Assembly: GCA_965199495.1 (NCBI GenBank) | Contig: CBDASK010000003.1 | Span: 4,064,001-4,128,000 of the forward strand | DNA length: 64,000 nt | Source of the DNA: Abditibacterium sp. | GTDB lineage: Bacteria; Armatimonadota; Abditibacteriia; Abditibacteriales; Abditibacteriaceae | Direction of reading: 5' to 3' | Part shown: positions 38,610-47,364 of the stretch, piece after piece | Layout of the letters: the number at the start of each line of letters is the position of its first letter | Numbering within the stretch: position 1 is the stretch's first letter | The notes under the pieces: generated by a model | What the model saw: only the letters and a program-made list of their open reading frames with translations | Told to the model about the DNA's origin: nothing | The model's database searches: none | Made by a program: the position numbers and the translations under genes

Positions 38610-39548
38610 ATGAAAAACAGCAGCAAGAAAGCGTTGGAAAAACGCGGTATCGTCAGTGCGGGCCGCGCAGCAGCCACGCCGGGCGCGCGCGCGCACGACG
38701 ATAAACGTCGCGCCAATCGCACGACCGATAAACAGCGCCTCAAACGCGAAGTTCAACTCGAAACGGCCCGCAATCGCGGGCCGTTTCCGTTTGGTCGGAG
38801 ACCTTTTTCTCCAACGCGTTGCGCGCTGATAACTTTGGGTTTGGCCGCGCTGTTGTGGCTGATTTATACCGTCCTGCGCTCGCGCGTTTTGCTCGCCAAC
38901 GGACGAATTATCGGGCAACAAAGCGCGACTTTTGCGCGTGATTATTTCGTGGGTGAAATTGACAAACCCTTCGTAACCTATTTGGCGATGGGCGACAGCA
39001 CCGCCGCCGGTTGGGGCGCCAAAACGTGGGAAGCGACTTATCCCTACTTAGTCGCGCGAGCTTTGGCGGAGCGCGGTTTTCGCGTTCATGTCGTCGTCGT
39101 GGCTATTGGTGGTGCCACGGTTAATGGCGTGAAAACGCGACAACTCGAAGCGATTGAGCGCGTGCGTCCCGACTGGATCACGCTTTCGGTCGGTGCCAAC
39201 GACGCCACACACTTCACGGCGCCCACCGATTATCGGCGCGATTTGAGCGCGATTCTCGCCGCACTCGAAACCAGTTCGGCGCGCACGATCTTAGTCGCCG
39301 ACACGCCCGATATGTTTCTGGCGCCCGCGTTGCCGTTGCCGCTCTCTATGGGCACAGCGCGGCGCGCACGCGACCAAAACGCCATTTTGCGCGAGTTAAA
39401 AAGTGATTCGCGCATTCAAATCGTCGAGCTTTACCAACGTGGCAAATTGGACGCGCGCGCAAATCCGAAACTTTACGCCGCCGACCGTTTTCATCCGTCG
39501 GACGAAGGTTATGCGAAGTGGGCGCAATTGTTTATCGAGAAAATTTAG
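38610..39548 (+). CDS. SGNH/GDSL hydrolase; the first ~50 codons may be a separate small basic protein
   Basis: GDSTAAG, SVGAND, DRFHPS; AGGAGG SD before 38610; internal hairpin at 38760-38787. Confidence 0.8.
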   Translation: MKNSSKKALEKRGIVSAGRAAATPGARAHDDKRRANRTTDKQRLKREVQLETARNRGPFPFGRRPFSPTRCALITLGLAALLWLIYTVLRSRVLLANGRIIGQQSATFARDYFVGEIDKPFVTYLAMGDSTAAGWGAKTWEATYPYLVARALAERGFRVHVVVVAIGGATVNGVKTRQLEAIERVRPDWITLSVGANDATHFTAPTDYRRDLSAILAALETSSARTILVADTPDMFLAPALPLPLSMGTARRARDQNAILRELKSDSRIQIVELYQRGKLDARANPKLYAADRFHPSDEGYAKWAQLFIEKI

Positions 39549-39654
39549 AGCGTCTCGGAAAATTCCTCACCTAAGAGCTTATCCACATAGGAAAACCAAA
39601 ATACGATTGAGTGATAGGAGCGGGGCTGACGCCCCCTTCACGTTTTCGATGAGG

Positions 39655-40983
39655 TCACGTCGCGATTTTGACATCTTCCAGACGGCCCAAACGGCGCACC
39701 TGCGGCCACGCGATGCCAACGGCGACGGCAATCAAAATCGTGATGAACCCGCCGCTCGCGACGGCGAGAACGGGCGTGAGGAACTGCGCGACCAAGCCCG
39801 ATTCGACTTCGCCGATTTCGTTGGAAGTGCCGATGAAAACCGAGTTGACCGCGTTGACGCGCCCGCGCATTTCGTCGGGCGTGAGCAGTTGAACCAACGT
39901 CGAACGCACGATAACCGAAACGTTATCCGCCGCGCCCAGCGCCGCCAGAGCCGCCAGCGATAAAAAGAAGTTGCGCGACAAACCAAAGACAATCGTCGCC
40001 GCGCCAAAGGCAACCACGGCGCACAGAAGCGCGCGGCCCGCGTGCTTCATCGGCGGACGCATCGTCAGAAAAAGCGCCATCATAATCGCGCCGACGGCGG
40101 GCGCGGCGCGCAGTGGCCCCAACCCGGCGGCGCCCACGCCCAAAATATCTTTGGCGTAAATCGGCAACAGCGCCGTCGCGCCGCCAAACAAAACGGCCAC
40201 CATATCGAGCGTAATCGTCGAAATTATGAGCGGCTGTGCGCGCACGAATTTCCAACCCGCAACGACACTTTCCCAGCCCAACTTTTCGCGGGATAGCGTC
40301 CGTTGCATCGGGTTCATCTGCGCCAGAAACACGCAGAAAACCAGACGGCCAAACGAATCCATCGCGTAAATTTCGGCTTCACGCCCGAAATAATGAATCA
40401 AAAATCCGCCCGCGACCGGCCCAATTGTCGAGGCCAACTGGCCGCGAATCGAACCCCATTTCGTCGCTTCGGGAATGAGTTGGAGCGGCACCACGTTGGT
40501 CACGAGGGCGCCCAACGCTGGCCCCATGAACGCGCCGCAGATGCCGTTGAGCAAAACCAGCCCGTAAAAGAATGGGAGCGGCAACCGAAAGTAAGAGACC
40601 AACGCCAGCAAAATCAAACAGATCGCCGCCCCGATTTGCGCCAGCAACGCGATGCGGCGGCGGTCGTGGCGGTCGGCCAAAGTTCCGGCGGGCAGCGCCA
40701 GAAATATCACCGGCAACGCGCTCATCAGGCCCAAAAGCGCGAGAGAATAAGGCTTGCCGGTGCGCGTGTAAAGCTCCCAACCCGCCGCGACATTCGTCAT
40801 TTGGCTGCCCGCCGCCGCGAGGGCGCCGCCCAATAAATAGCGGCGGAAATCGGGGACTTTTAGAACATCGTAACGCGAATAAATCGGCGCGTCGTGGGTT
40901 TCGAGTTGATGATCAATTTCGGATTGTAGCGGAGCCGCCAGACGTTCGGGCGGCTCAAATTCGGGTTCGTTGGTGGTGGACAT
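39655..40983 (-). CDS. MFS transporter
   Basis: AGTLADRHDRRR motif A, TPDEMRGRV, about 12 TM helices. Confidence 0.92.
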   Translation of the reverse strand: MSTTNEPEFEPPERLAAPLQSEIDHQLETHDAPIYSRYDVLKVPDFRRYLLGGALAAAGSQMTNVAAGWELYTRTGKPYSLALLGLMSALPVIFLALPAGTLADRHDRRRIALLAQIGAAICLILLALVSYFRLPLPFFYGLVLLNGICGAFMGPALGALVTNVVPLQLIPEATKWGSIRGQLASTIGPVAGGFLIHYFGREAEIYAMDSFGRLVFCVFLAQMNPMQRTLSREKLGWESVVAGWKFVRAQPLIISTITLDMVAVLFGGATALLPIYAKDILGVGAAGLGPLRAAPAVGAIMMALFLTMRPPMKHAGRALLCAVVAFGAATIVFGLSRNFFLSLAALAALGAADNVSVIVRSTLVQLLTPDEMRGRVNAVNSVFIGTSNEIGEVESGLVAQFLTPVLAVASGGFITILIAVAVGIAWPQVRRLGRLEDVKIAT

Positions 40984-41020
40984 GGGGTGAAATAGCGCGA
41001 CAGAATTTTTATGCGCACGA

Positions 41021-41056
41021 AAAAGGGCGCAGAGATTTAGAAAAATCTCTGCGCCC
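41021..41056 (-). terminator. Intrinsic terminator after metF
   Basis: GGGCGCAGAGATTT..AAATCTCTGCGCCC with T-tract on the minus strand. Confidence 0.75.
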
Positions 41057-41072
41057 CCGATTGGCTCCGACT

Positions 41073-41939
41073 TTACGCGTGCTTCATGCCCAGGGCTTGC
41101 GAAATCAGCACGGTGGCTTTGCTTTTGTTGAGCGTGTAAAAATGCAATCCGGCGACATCTTGGGCCAAAAGGTCTTCGCATTGGCGAATCGCGTATTCGA
41201 CGCCCGCCGCATGAACGCTTTGCGGATCGGATTCCAGACTTTCCATCTGGCGCAAAATCGGGTTGGGGATTTTCGCGCCGCACATCGTCACGAATCGCTT
41301 GGTCTGGCCGATATTGAGAATCGGCATCAGACCCGCCACGAGCGGCGCCGTCACGCCCATGCCGTGCAAACGATCGCGCCAACGGAAGAACTCGGCGTTA
41401 TCGAAAAACAGTTGCGTGATGACGAACTGCGCGCCCTTGTCCAACTTCTGCTTGAGATATTCGGCGTCGCGTTCGAGGTTCAAACACTGCGGATGTCCTT
41501 CGGGATAGCCAGCCACGCCGATGCAAAACGGATGGCGATTGGCGGTGAACTCAACCAAATCGTCGGCATTGGCGAAACCGCCTTCGGTGACGGAAAAAGT
41601 CTGTTGACCGGGCGCCGCGTCGCCGCGCAGCGCGAGGATATTGCGGATGCCGCTTTCCCACGCCCGATCCAAAAGTTCGCCGATTTGATCGCGCGTATAA
41701 CCGGCGCAGGTCAGGTGGCTCATCGCGGTGAAGCCGGTTTGGTTCTGAATGCGCGCCGTTAGGTCGAGCGTGGGTGGCGCGCCGCCGCCGGTGCGGGTAA
41801 TCGAAACAAAAGAGGGCGCCAGAGGTTTGAGTTCTTCGATAACGCCCATGAGCTGGGCCTCACTCTCGGCATCTTTGGGTGGGAAAAACTCGAAAGAGAG
41901 CGTCGGAACGCCTTTGGAAAATAGTTCATCAATTCGCAT
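41073..41939 (-). CDS. metF: 5,10-methylenetetrahydrofolate reductase
   Basis: SFEFFPPK, HLTC, LALRGD, AGYPEGH, ITQLFFD, HFYTLN. Confidence 0.95.
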   Translation of the reverse strand: MRIDELFSKGVPTLSFEFFPPKDAESEAQLMGVIEELKPLAPSFVSITRTGGGAPPTLDLTARIQNQTGFTAMSHLTCAGYTRDQIGELLDRAWESGIRNILALRGDAAPGQQTFSVTEGGFANADDLVEFTANRHPFCIGVAGYPEGHPQCLNLERDAEYLKQKLDKGAQFVITQLFFDNAEFFRWRDRLHGMGVTAPLVAGLMPILNIGQTKRFVTMCGAKIPNPILRQMESLESDPQSVHAAGVEYAIRQCEDLLAQDVAGLHFYTLNKSKATVLISQALGMKHA

Positions 41940-42022
41940 GATGAATCCAGTTTAATCGGGTTTAGGCGGGCGGACAAAGCGAATTTATAATTGGTTCGTT
42001 GCGCAAGACAGTTCGGAGATAT

Positions 42023-42104
42023 AGCGGCGGGGCTGACGCCCCCTTCCAATCGGCGGTTTTGCGAGGAACTCCGCCGATTGGAAGGGGGCGTCAGCCCCGC
42101 CGCT
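42023..42104. repeat. Perfect 34-bp inverted repeat (REP-like); single 20-nt copy at 39620-39639
   Basis: AGCGGCGGGGCTGACGCCCCCTTCCAATCGGCGG and its reverse complement. Confidence 0.85.
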
Positions 42105-42141
42105 CAAACTATGATATTTCACCTGCGATAGAGAAGCGAAC

Positions 42142-43566
42142 TCAACCTCCGCCGCGCAGACGATCCGCCAGACTTGTGCGTTGGCCAGTCGAAAGCAGGC
42201 TGCCGCGCAGCGACATCTGCGAGTGCATTTCTTGACGGCGGTCGCTGGAAGTCGTCCAGCAGTAGGCTTGCACCTGCTCGACGCGGCCTTTGATGTCCAC
42301 TTTAATCGGGTCGAGATTGCGAATCATGGCGGGTGGCAGATGCGCGAGGGTGCGGTCGGAGAGTAGCAGCGAATGCGGCGGCGCGGCGCTCTGCATGCGC
42401 TGGGCGAAGTTGACGGCCTCGCCCAAAATCGTGCGCTGGCGGATTTCGGGCACGCCCAGATTCGCGACCGCGACAAAGCCGGTGTTCAAACCGACGCGCA
42501 CCTGAATCGGCACCGCCCAGTTGGCGGTGGGCCGCACTTCGCGCGATTCCTGCACCATTTTTTTGCTGGCCTCAAACGCTTCCACCGGCTCGGTGAAATA
42601 GGCCAACATACAATCGCCGATGAACTTGTCAATGGTGCCGCCGTGAACTTTGACGATATTATAAAGGCGCCCGAAATGATCGTTCAAAATCACCGCGACC
42701 TGCGTGGGCGTCAACCGCTCCGAAAGTTTGGTGAAGCCGACCAAATCGCAAAAACAAATCGTTAATTCTTGACGTTCCAAGTCGGCGATCTCTTCTTTGT
42801 TGCTGCGGAGCGCGTTCTGGGCGGCGTCCCACGTTTGGCCACCGACATAGCCGCGCACCAAACGCTCCATGCGCTCGCTCTCTTCGCGCATTTTTTCGAT
42901 CTCTTCTTCGCGCGCGCGCAACTGCAAACGCTGCGACTCCAAAACCTCCATGATGCGCCGGTTGGTGCGACCATGCCAACTCGCCATCAAATCGTGGTCG
43001 TTCCAGCGCCCGGTCATCGGCGCCAAACGCAACAGCGAAGCCAGACGGCCCGCCGCCGCGTCCACGGCTTCAGCATAGGTCGTCAGAAAACCTTCGTAAT
43101 AAGAAGAGTTGGAATCGGCGGGATTGAGCAGACCTTCGCTGTGCGCGAACAAAGCCGCGCCAAACGACGCCGACTCAACAACCACGCCGCGCTCATCCAA
43201 TAAGGCCGCGCCATTGGGAACGGGCACGGCGACGACGCCGCTCAAATTTAAATCGCAGTCGGGCGCGCCGAAAATCCAGACATCGGCGGTGCGCGCCAAA
43301 TTTTCGTAGTGCGCGGCGTCGGGCGCAATCGAACTCCAATGGCCCGCCATCACATAGACGCGCGCGCGTTCGCCAGTTCGTTCTCCGCACTGCGCGGCCA
43401 TCTGCTCAACTTCGCGGCGCACCATCGTCAGCGACGGCTCCAAAAACAGATTCATCGCCGCTTCGTCGCCCCACTCCTGCGCCTCAACCTCGGCGATAGT
43501 GAGCGCAATATCCCACAGGCTAAAAGTGCCCAGGGACATCTGCGAATCTTTGGGGACGGAATTCAT
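42142..43566 (-). CDS. Class III adenylate cyclase with N-terminal DICT-like sensory domain
   Basis: FCDLVGFT, DKFIGD, RVGLNTG, TILGEAVNFAQR. N-terminal YENLA....VWIFGAPD...ERGVVV...ALFA...YEGF resembles DICT. Confidence 0.85.
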   Translation of the reverse strand: MNSVPKDSQMSLGTFSLWDIALTIAEVEAQEWGDEAAMNLFLEPSLTMVRREVEQMAAQCGERTGERARVYVMAGHWSSIAPDAAHYENLARTADVWIFGAPDCDLNLSGVVAVPVPNGAALLDERGVVVESASFGAALFAHSEGLLNPADSNSSYYEGFLTTYAEAVDAAAGRLASLLRLAPMTGRWNDHDLMASWHGRTNRRIMEVLESQRLQLRAREEEIEKMREESERMERLVRGYVGGQTWDAAQNALRSNKEEIADLERQELTICFCDLVGFTKLSERLTPTQVAVILNDHFGRLYNIVKVHGGTIDKFIGDCMLAYFTEPVEAFEASKKMVQESREVRPTANWAVPIQVRVGLNTGFVAVANLGVPEIRQRTILGEAVNFAQRMQSAAPPHSLLLSDRTLAHLPPAMIRNLDPIKVDIKGRVEQVQAYCWTTSSDRRQEMHSQMSLRGSLLSTGQRTSLADRLRGGG

Positions 43567-43750
43567 AAAAGCGGGGTTTTCCCTCCTTATTATTTTATCT
43601 TAATGCGCGAAAGTTGCCAGTGCCAATTGCAAATCTCAATTGACTAAATTCCCTCGCGAACGGCGCGTGGGACAAAAGGTAGACTAAATGACGCTTCAAT
43701 TCCCCCTTTTGTTCTACGGTGGCAACAACGCGCGCCGCTTCCTTTATACC

Positions 43751-45655
43751 ATGATTCAAGTTACTTTTCCCGACGGCAACGTCCGCGAATTTCCCGACCA
43801 CTCGACTCCGCTCGCCATCGCTCAATCCATCGGCTCAAGGTTGGCCAAGGCCGTTTTGGGCGCGAATGTCAACGACCAACCGTGGGATTTAACGCGCCCG
43901 CTCGAAGGCGATTCCGCTCTTCAACTTTACACCTGGGACGACGCGCAGGGACGCGAAGTTTATCGTCATTCTTCGACGCATTTAATGGCCCAGGCAATTC
44001 AAGAATTGTATCCCGACGCCAAGCTCACCATCGGCCCGCCTTTGGAAGACCGTTACTATTACGACATCGACGTGGCTGCTATTTCGGAAGACGATTTTCC
44101 CAAGATCGAAGCCAAAATGATGGAGCTGGCCCGCGCCGATTTGCCCATTACCTGCGAGACGATTTCGCGCGCCCACGCGCTCGAACTGTTCGCCGATAAT
44201 CCTTATAAAACCGAATTGATTAACGCTCTGCCCGACGACGCGCCCATTACAATTTATCGTCAGGGCACGTTTTTGGATTTGTGTCGCGGCCCGCACTTGC
44301 CTTCGACCGGTATGATTAAAGCCGTCAAATTGCTGTCGGTCGCCGGAGCGTTCTGGCGCGGCGACGCCGACAACGCGCAGTTGCAGCGACTTTACGGCAC
44401 CAGTTATCCCAGCCAAAAAGAGTTGGAGCAGCACATGGCGCGCTTGGAAGAAGCCAAGGCGCGCGACCATCGCAAGTTGGGCCGCGAGTTGGGTTTGTTC
44501 GTGCTATCGCCCGAAGTCGGCGCCGGTTTGCCGCTTTGGACGCCCAAAGGCGCCGCGATTCGTCACGCCCTCGAATCGTTTATTCGCAGTGAGCTGACCA
44601 AGCGCGGCTATCAAATGGTCGTTACGCCGCACATCGCCAACGCCAAGCTGTTCGAGACAAGCGGCCACGCCGTGGCTTACGTCGAGTCCATGTTCCCGAT
44701 GATGGAGCGCGACAACGACCGCTTTGTTTTGAAGCCGGTCAACTGCCCGATGCACATCGAACTTTACGCTTCGCAACCGCGCTCCTACCGCGATTTGCCG
44801 GTGCGATTGGCCGAATTTGGCACGGTTTATCGTTGGGAATTGTCCGGCGAAGTCGGCGGATTAACGAGGGTTCGCGGCTTCACCCAAGACGACGCGCATA
44901 TTTTTCTGCGCCCCGAACAGTTGGTCGAAGAGTTCAAATCGCAGGTCGAATTGGTTTTGCTCGTTCTCGGACGTCTGGGCCTGAGTTATACGGCGCGCGT
45001 TGGACTTCGCGATCCGCAGTCCGATAAATACGTCGGCTCGGACGAAGCGTGGGAGCAATCGCAAGCCGCGCTTTTGGAAGCGGTGCAGGAATTGGGCATG
45101 GATCACACCGTCGAAGAAGGCGAGGCCGCGATTTACGGCCCAAAGTTAGATTTCATCGTCAACGACGCCATCGGTCGCCAATGGCAGTTGGGCACGGTTC
45201 AAGTTGACTACGTTTTGCCCGAACGATTTGAACTCGAATACACCGGCTCCGATGGCCAAAAACATCGTCCGGTGATGATTCATCGCGCGCCCTTTGGCAG
45301 TTTGGAGCGGTTCACCGGCGTTCTCATCGAACATTTCGCCGGTGCTTTTCCGCTCTGGATGGCGCCAGTTCAGGTTCAGGTTTTGCCGATTGCCGACCGC
45401 CATTTCGATCATGCGCGCGATGTGGCTGCTAAGTTGAAAGAGGCCGGATTCCGCGTCGAAGTCAACGATGACAACGCCAAAATCGGCGCCAAAATCGCGA
45501 TTGCCGAAACGCAGAAAGTGCCGTATATGGCGATCATCGGCGACAAAGAAATCGAAGTGGGCGGCGTCAGTCTGCGCGCGCGCGGACGGCAAGATTTGGG
45601 CGCGATTGGCTTGGACGAGTTGATCGAGAAATTGAACGCCGAAGCGACTGTGTAA
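43751..45655 (+). CDS. thrS: Threonine--tRNA ligase
   Basis: TGS domain, HSSTH, DLCRGPH, RDHRKLG, KPVNCP, RVRGFTQDDAH, YGPKLD, MIHRA. Confidence 0.98.
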   Translation: MIQVTFPDGNVREFPDHSTPLAIAQSIGSRLAKAVLGANVNDQPWDLTRPLEGDSALQLYTWDDAQGREVYRHSSTHLMAQAIQELYPDAKLTIGPPLEDRYYYDIDVAAISEDDFPKIEAKMMELARADLPITCETISRAHALELFADNPYKTELINALPDDAPITIYRQGTFLDLCRGPHLPSTGMIKAVKLLSVAGAFWRGDADNAQLQRLYGTSYPSQKELEQHMARLEEAKARDHRKLGRELGLFVLSPEVGAGLPLWTPKGAAIRHALESFIRSELTKRGYQMVVTPHIANAKLFETSGHAVAYVESMFPMMERDNDRFVLKPVNCPMHIELYASQPRSYRDLPVRLAEFGTVYRWELSGEVGGLTRVRGFTQDDAHIFLRPEQLVEEFKSQVELVLLVLGRLGLSYTARVGLRDPQSDKYVGSDEAWEQSQAALLEAVQELGMDHTVEEGEAAIYGPKLDFIVNDAIGRQWQLGTVQVDYVLPERFELEYTGSDGQKHRPVMIHRAPFGSLERFTGVLIEHFAGAFPLWMAPVQVQVLPIADRHFDHARDVAAKLKEAGFRVEVNDDNAKIGAKIAIAETQKVPYMAIIGDKEIEVGGVSLRARGRQDLGAIGLDELIEKLNAEATV

Positions 45656-45669
45656 GTTTTTCTTGGAGG

Positions 45670-45745
45670 CACAAAAAGCACAAAAGAGAATGGAGAACCG
45701 ATAGACAATCACGCTGGTTCTTCATTCCCTTTCGTGCTTTTTGTG
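45670..45745. repeat. Imperfect inverted repeat with CACAAAA tandem units (terminator-like)
   Basis: CACAAAAAGCACAAAAGAGAATGGAGAACC / GGTTCTTCATTCCCTTTCGTGCTTTTTGTG. Confidence 0.65.
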
Positions 45746-45758
45746 TTCAAATTTTCTT

Positions 45759-46175
45759 ATGAAATTCGCTCTTACTTTCGCGCCCGACACGCGCGAGCCA
45801 ATCATTGGACGCACACTTTCGCAGTTGCATCTGGCGTTCAAACGGGGGCTTGGCGGCGAGATTTTTCAGGTTCAACTCGATCCCGAAAAAGACGACGGAA
45901 CAATTGAAGGTTTGAACGCCTTTTTCAACGCCAAGCGCGCGTGGCTTATCTGGAGCAACGCCGATGGCGAATGGCTTTATCCAGTCAATACCGAACACGC
46001 CGCGTTAGAGCCGATTGAAGAAGATTGTTTCATCGAAAACGGGCAGTTGGACAGCTACTCAATCGCGTGGAGTCATGGGCGCGAACGCGCGATTCGCGTG
46101 TTAATTCACTATTTCGAGACCAGCGCACTGGCGCCGTGGCTGCATTGGACGAGCGAAGAATATTGGATAAATTAA
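45759..46175 (+). CDS. Hypothetical protein, possibly Imm1-like immunity protein
   Basis: Resemblance from recall only: NG..D.....W......A......YFET..L..WL.W. Confidence 0.5.
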   Translation: MKFALTFAPDTREPIIGRTLSQLHLAFKRGLGGEIFQVQLDPEKDDGTIEGLNAFFNAKRAWLIWSNADGEWLYPVNTEHAALEPIEEDCFIENGQLDSYSIAWSHGRERAIRVLIHYFETSALAPWLHWTSEEYWIN

Positions 46176-47212
46176 CGCAGCCGCCAGCGCCAAATTTTGC
46201 CTTGATTATCGAGCGTATAGAAGGTATCGCCGTTCGGATCGAGAGCCAAGGCTTGTGCGCCGTGAGGGCCGGGCACTTTACCCAAATCGCGTCCGGTGCG
46301 CGCGTTGCTTTGGGCGGCAGAAGGATTCAACAAACTGATAATGCGTTGACTATCGGCACTCCACGCCCAGAAGTAGTCCTGAAATTTGTTCCACATCTTT
46401 ACGCCTGTGCGCGCATCGTGAACGATGAGAAGTCCTTTGGCGCCTTCGGGAAAAAATGCCCACAACCTTCCATCGGGCGACAAACGGGCGTTACGCTCAA
46501 CATCCTCATAAGCCCAAAGCCCACGCTGTTTGCCGGTTTTGGTATCGTAGATGGCGACGACGGTTTTGGCGATGCCATTGGCCAGAGCGAGAACCGTTGT
46601 GCCATCGGCGCTGACGTGGCTCTGTGGTGGGAGCGGAAGTCTGGTGTTTTGAAGCGTGGGTAAATCGAAGTTCCATTGCCGGATTGTTTTGCCAGTTTGC
46701 GTATCAACGACCGATGCTCCCTGATTGGTCGAGACAACCAATTGTTTGTCCGATAAAAACGCGGCGCCTTGCAGATTGCCGAGATAATGCCCCGGCAGAA
46801 TCGCGCGACGCTGTTTGCCGGTGGCAACATCAACCAAAATGACGCGGAAGTTCGCGCGCCCGAAAACGCTGGTATCTTCGGCGACAGCCAATGTTTGGCT
46901 ATCGGGCGAGAAAGCCATCGGAAACTGAGCATAATCTGGCGCGGTGTGTTGCCAGAGTTGCTCGCGCGTTTGCGGCGCCCACAGCGTCAAAACAATTTTG
47001 GTTCGCAGCGTAACCACCGAAGCCAGAATTTTTCCGTTGGGCGAAACCAAAAGTTTGGGGCCGACGATTGCCGAAGGCAACATTCCCGGCCCATTCATGG
47101 GTTGAGTCGGATTCACGCCAACCAACTTCGGGCGCCACGACGCGGCTTGAGCCATCCACGCAAGTAACGCGAGCGGGACGATGAGCAGGAGCCAGCGACG
47201 TTTGAATTTCAT
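46172..47212 (-). CDS. Membrane-anchored WD40/YVTN-like beta-propeller protein
   Basis: Repeated SPDG/SPNG/SADG...D..TG blades; N-terminal hydrophobic segment. Confidence 0.85.
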   Translation of the reverse strand: MKFKRRWLLLIVPLALLAWMAQAASWRPKLVGVNPTQPMNGPGMLPSAIVGPKLLVSPNGKILASVVTLRTKIVLTLWAPQTREQLWQHTAPDYAQFPMAFSPDSQTLAVAEDTSVFGRANFRVILVDVATGKQRRAILPGHYLGNLQGAAFLSDKQLVVSTNQGASVVDTQTGKTIRQWNFDLPTLQNTRLPLPPQSHVSADGTTVLALANGIAKTVVAIYDTKTGKQRGLWAYEDVERNARLSPDGRLWAFFPEGAKGLLIVHDARTGVKMWNKFQDYFWAWSADSQRIISLLNPSAAQSNARTGRDLGKVPGPHGAQALALDPNGDTFYTLDNQGKIWRWRLR

Positions 47213-47364
47213 TGGAGTAAATCTTAGCGCGGCATCCATCGGCGAATTTTGGCATCGTGCGCGGGCGGCAAATTCGCGAGCAACTAATCGCGCAAAAACA
47301 GGTGCGCTTCGAGTTGCTCGTGCGCGGTCGGATCGAAGGGGGAATCGAACTCGAAACGCGCAGT

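Noticed and set aside
41940..42141. SAM riboswitch upstream of metF
   Set aside because: No recognisable SAM aptamer consensus; the structure is a perfect REP-like inverted repeat with another copy at 39620.
43567..43750. T-box leader for thrS
   Set aside because: Intergenic region is short and I could not find the T-box consensus.
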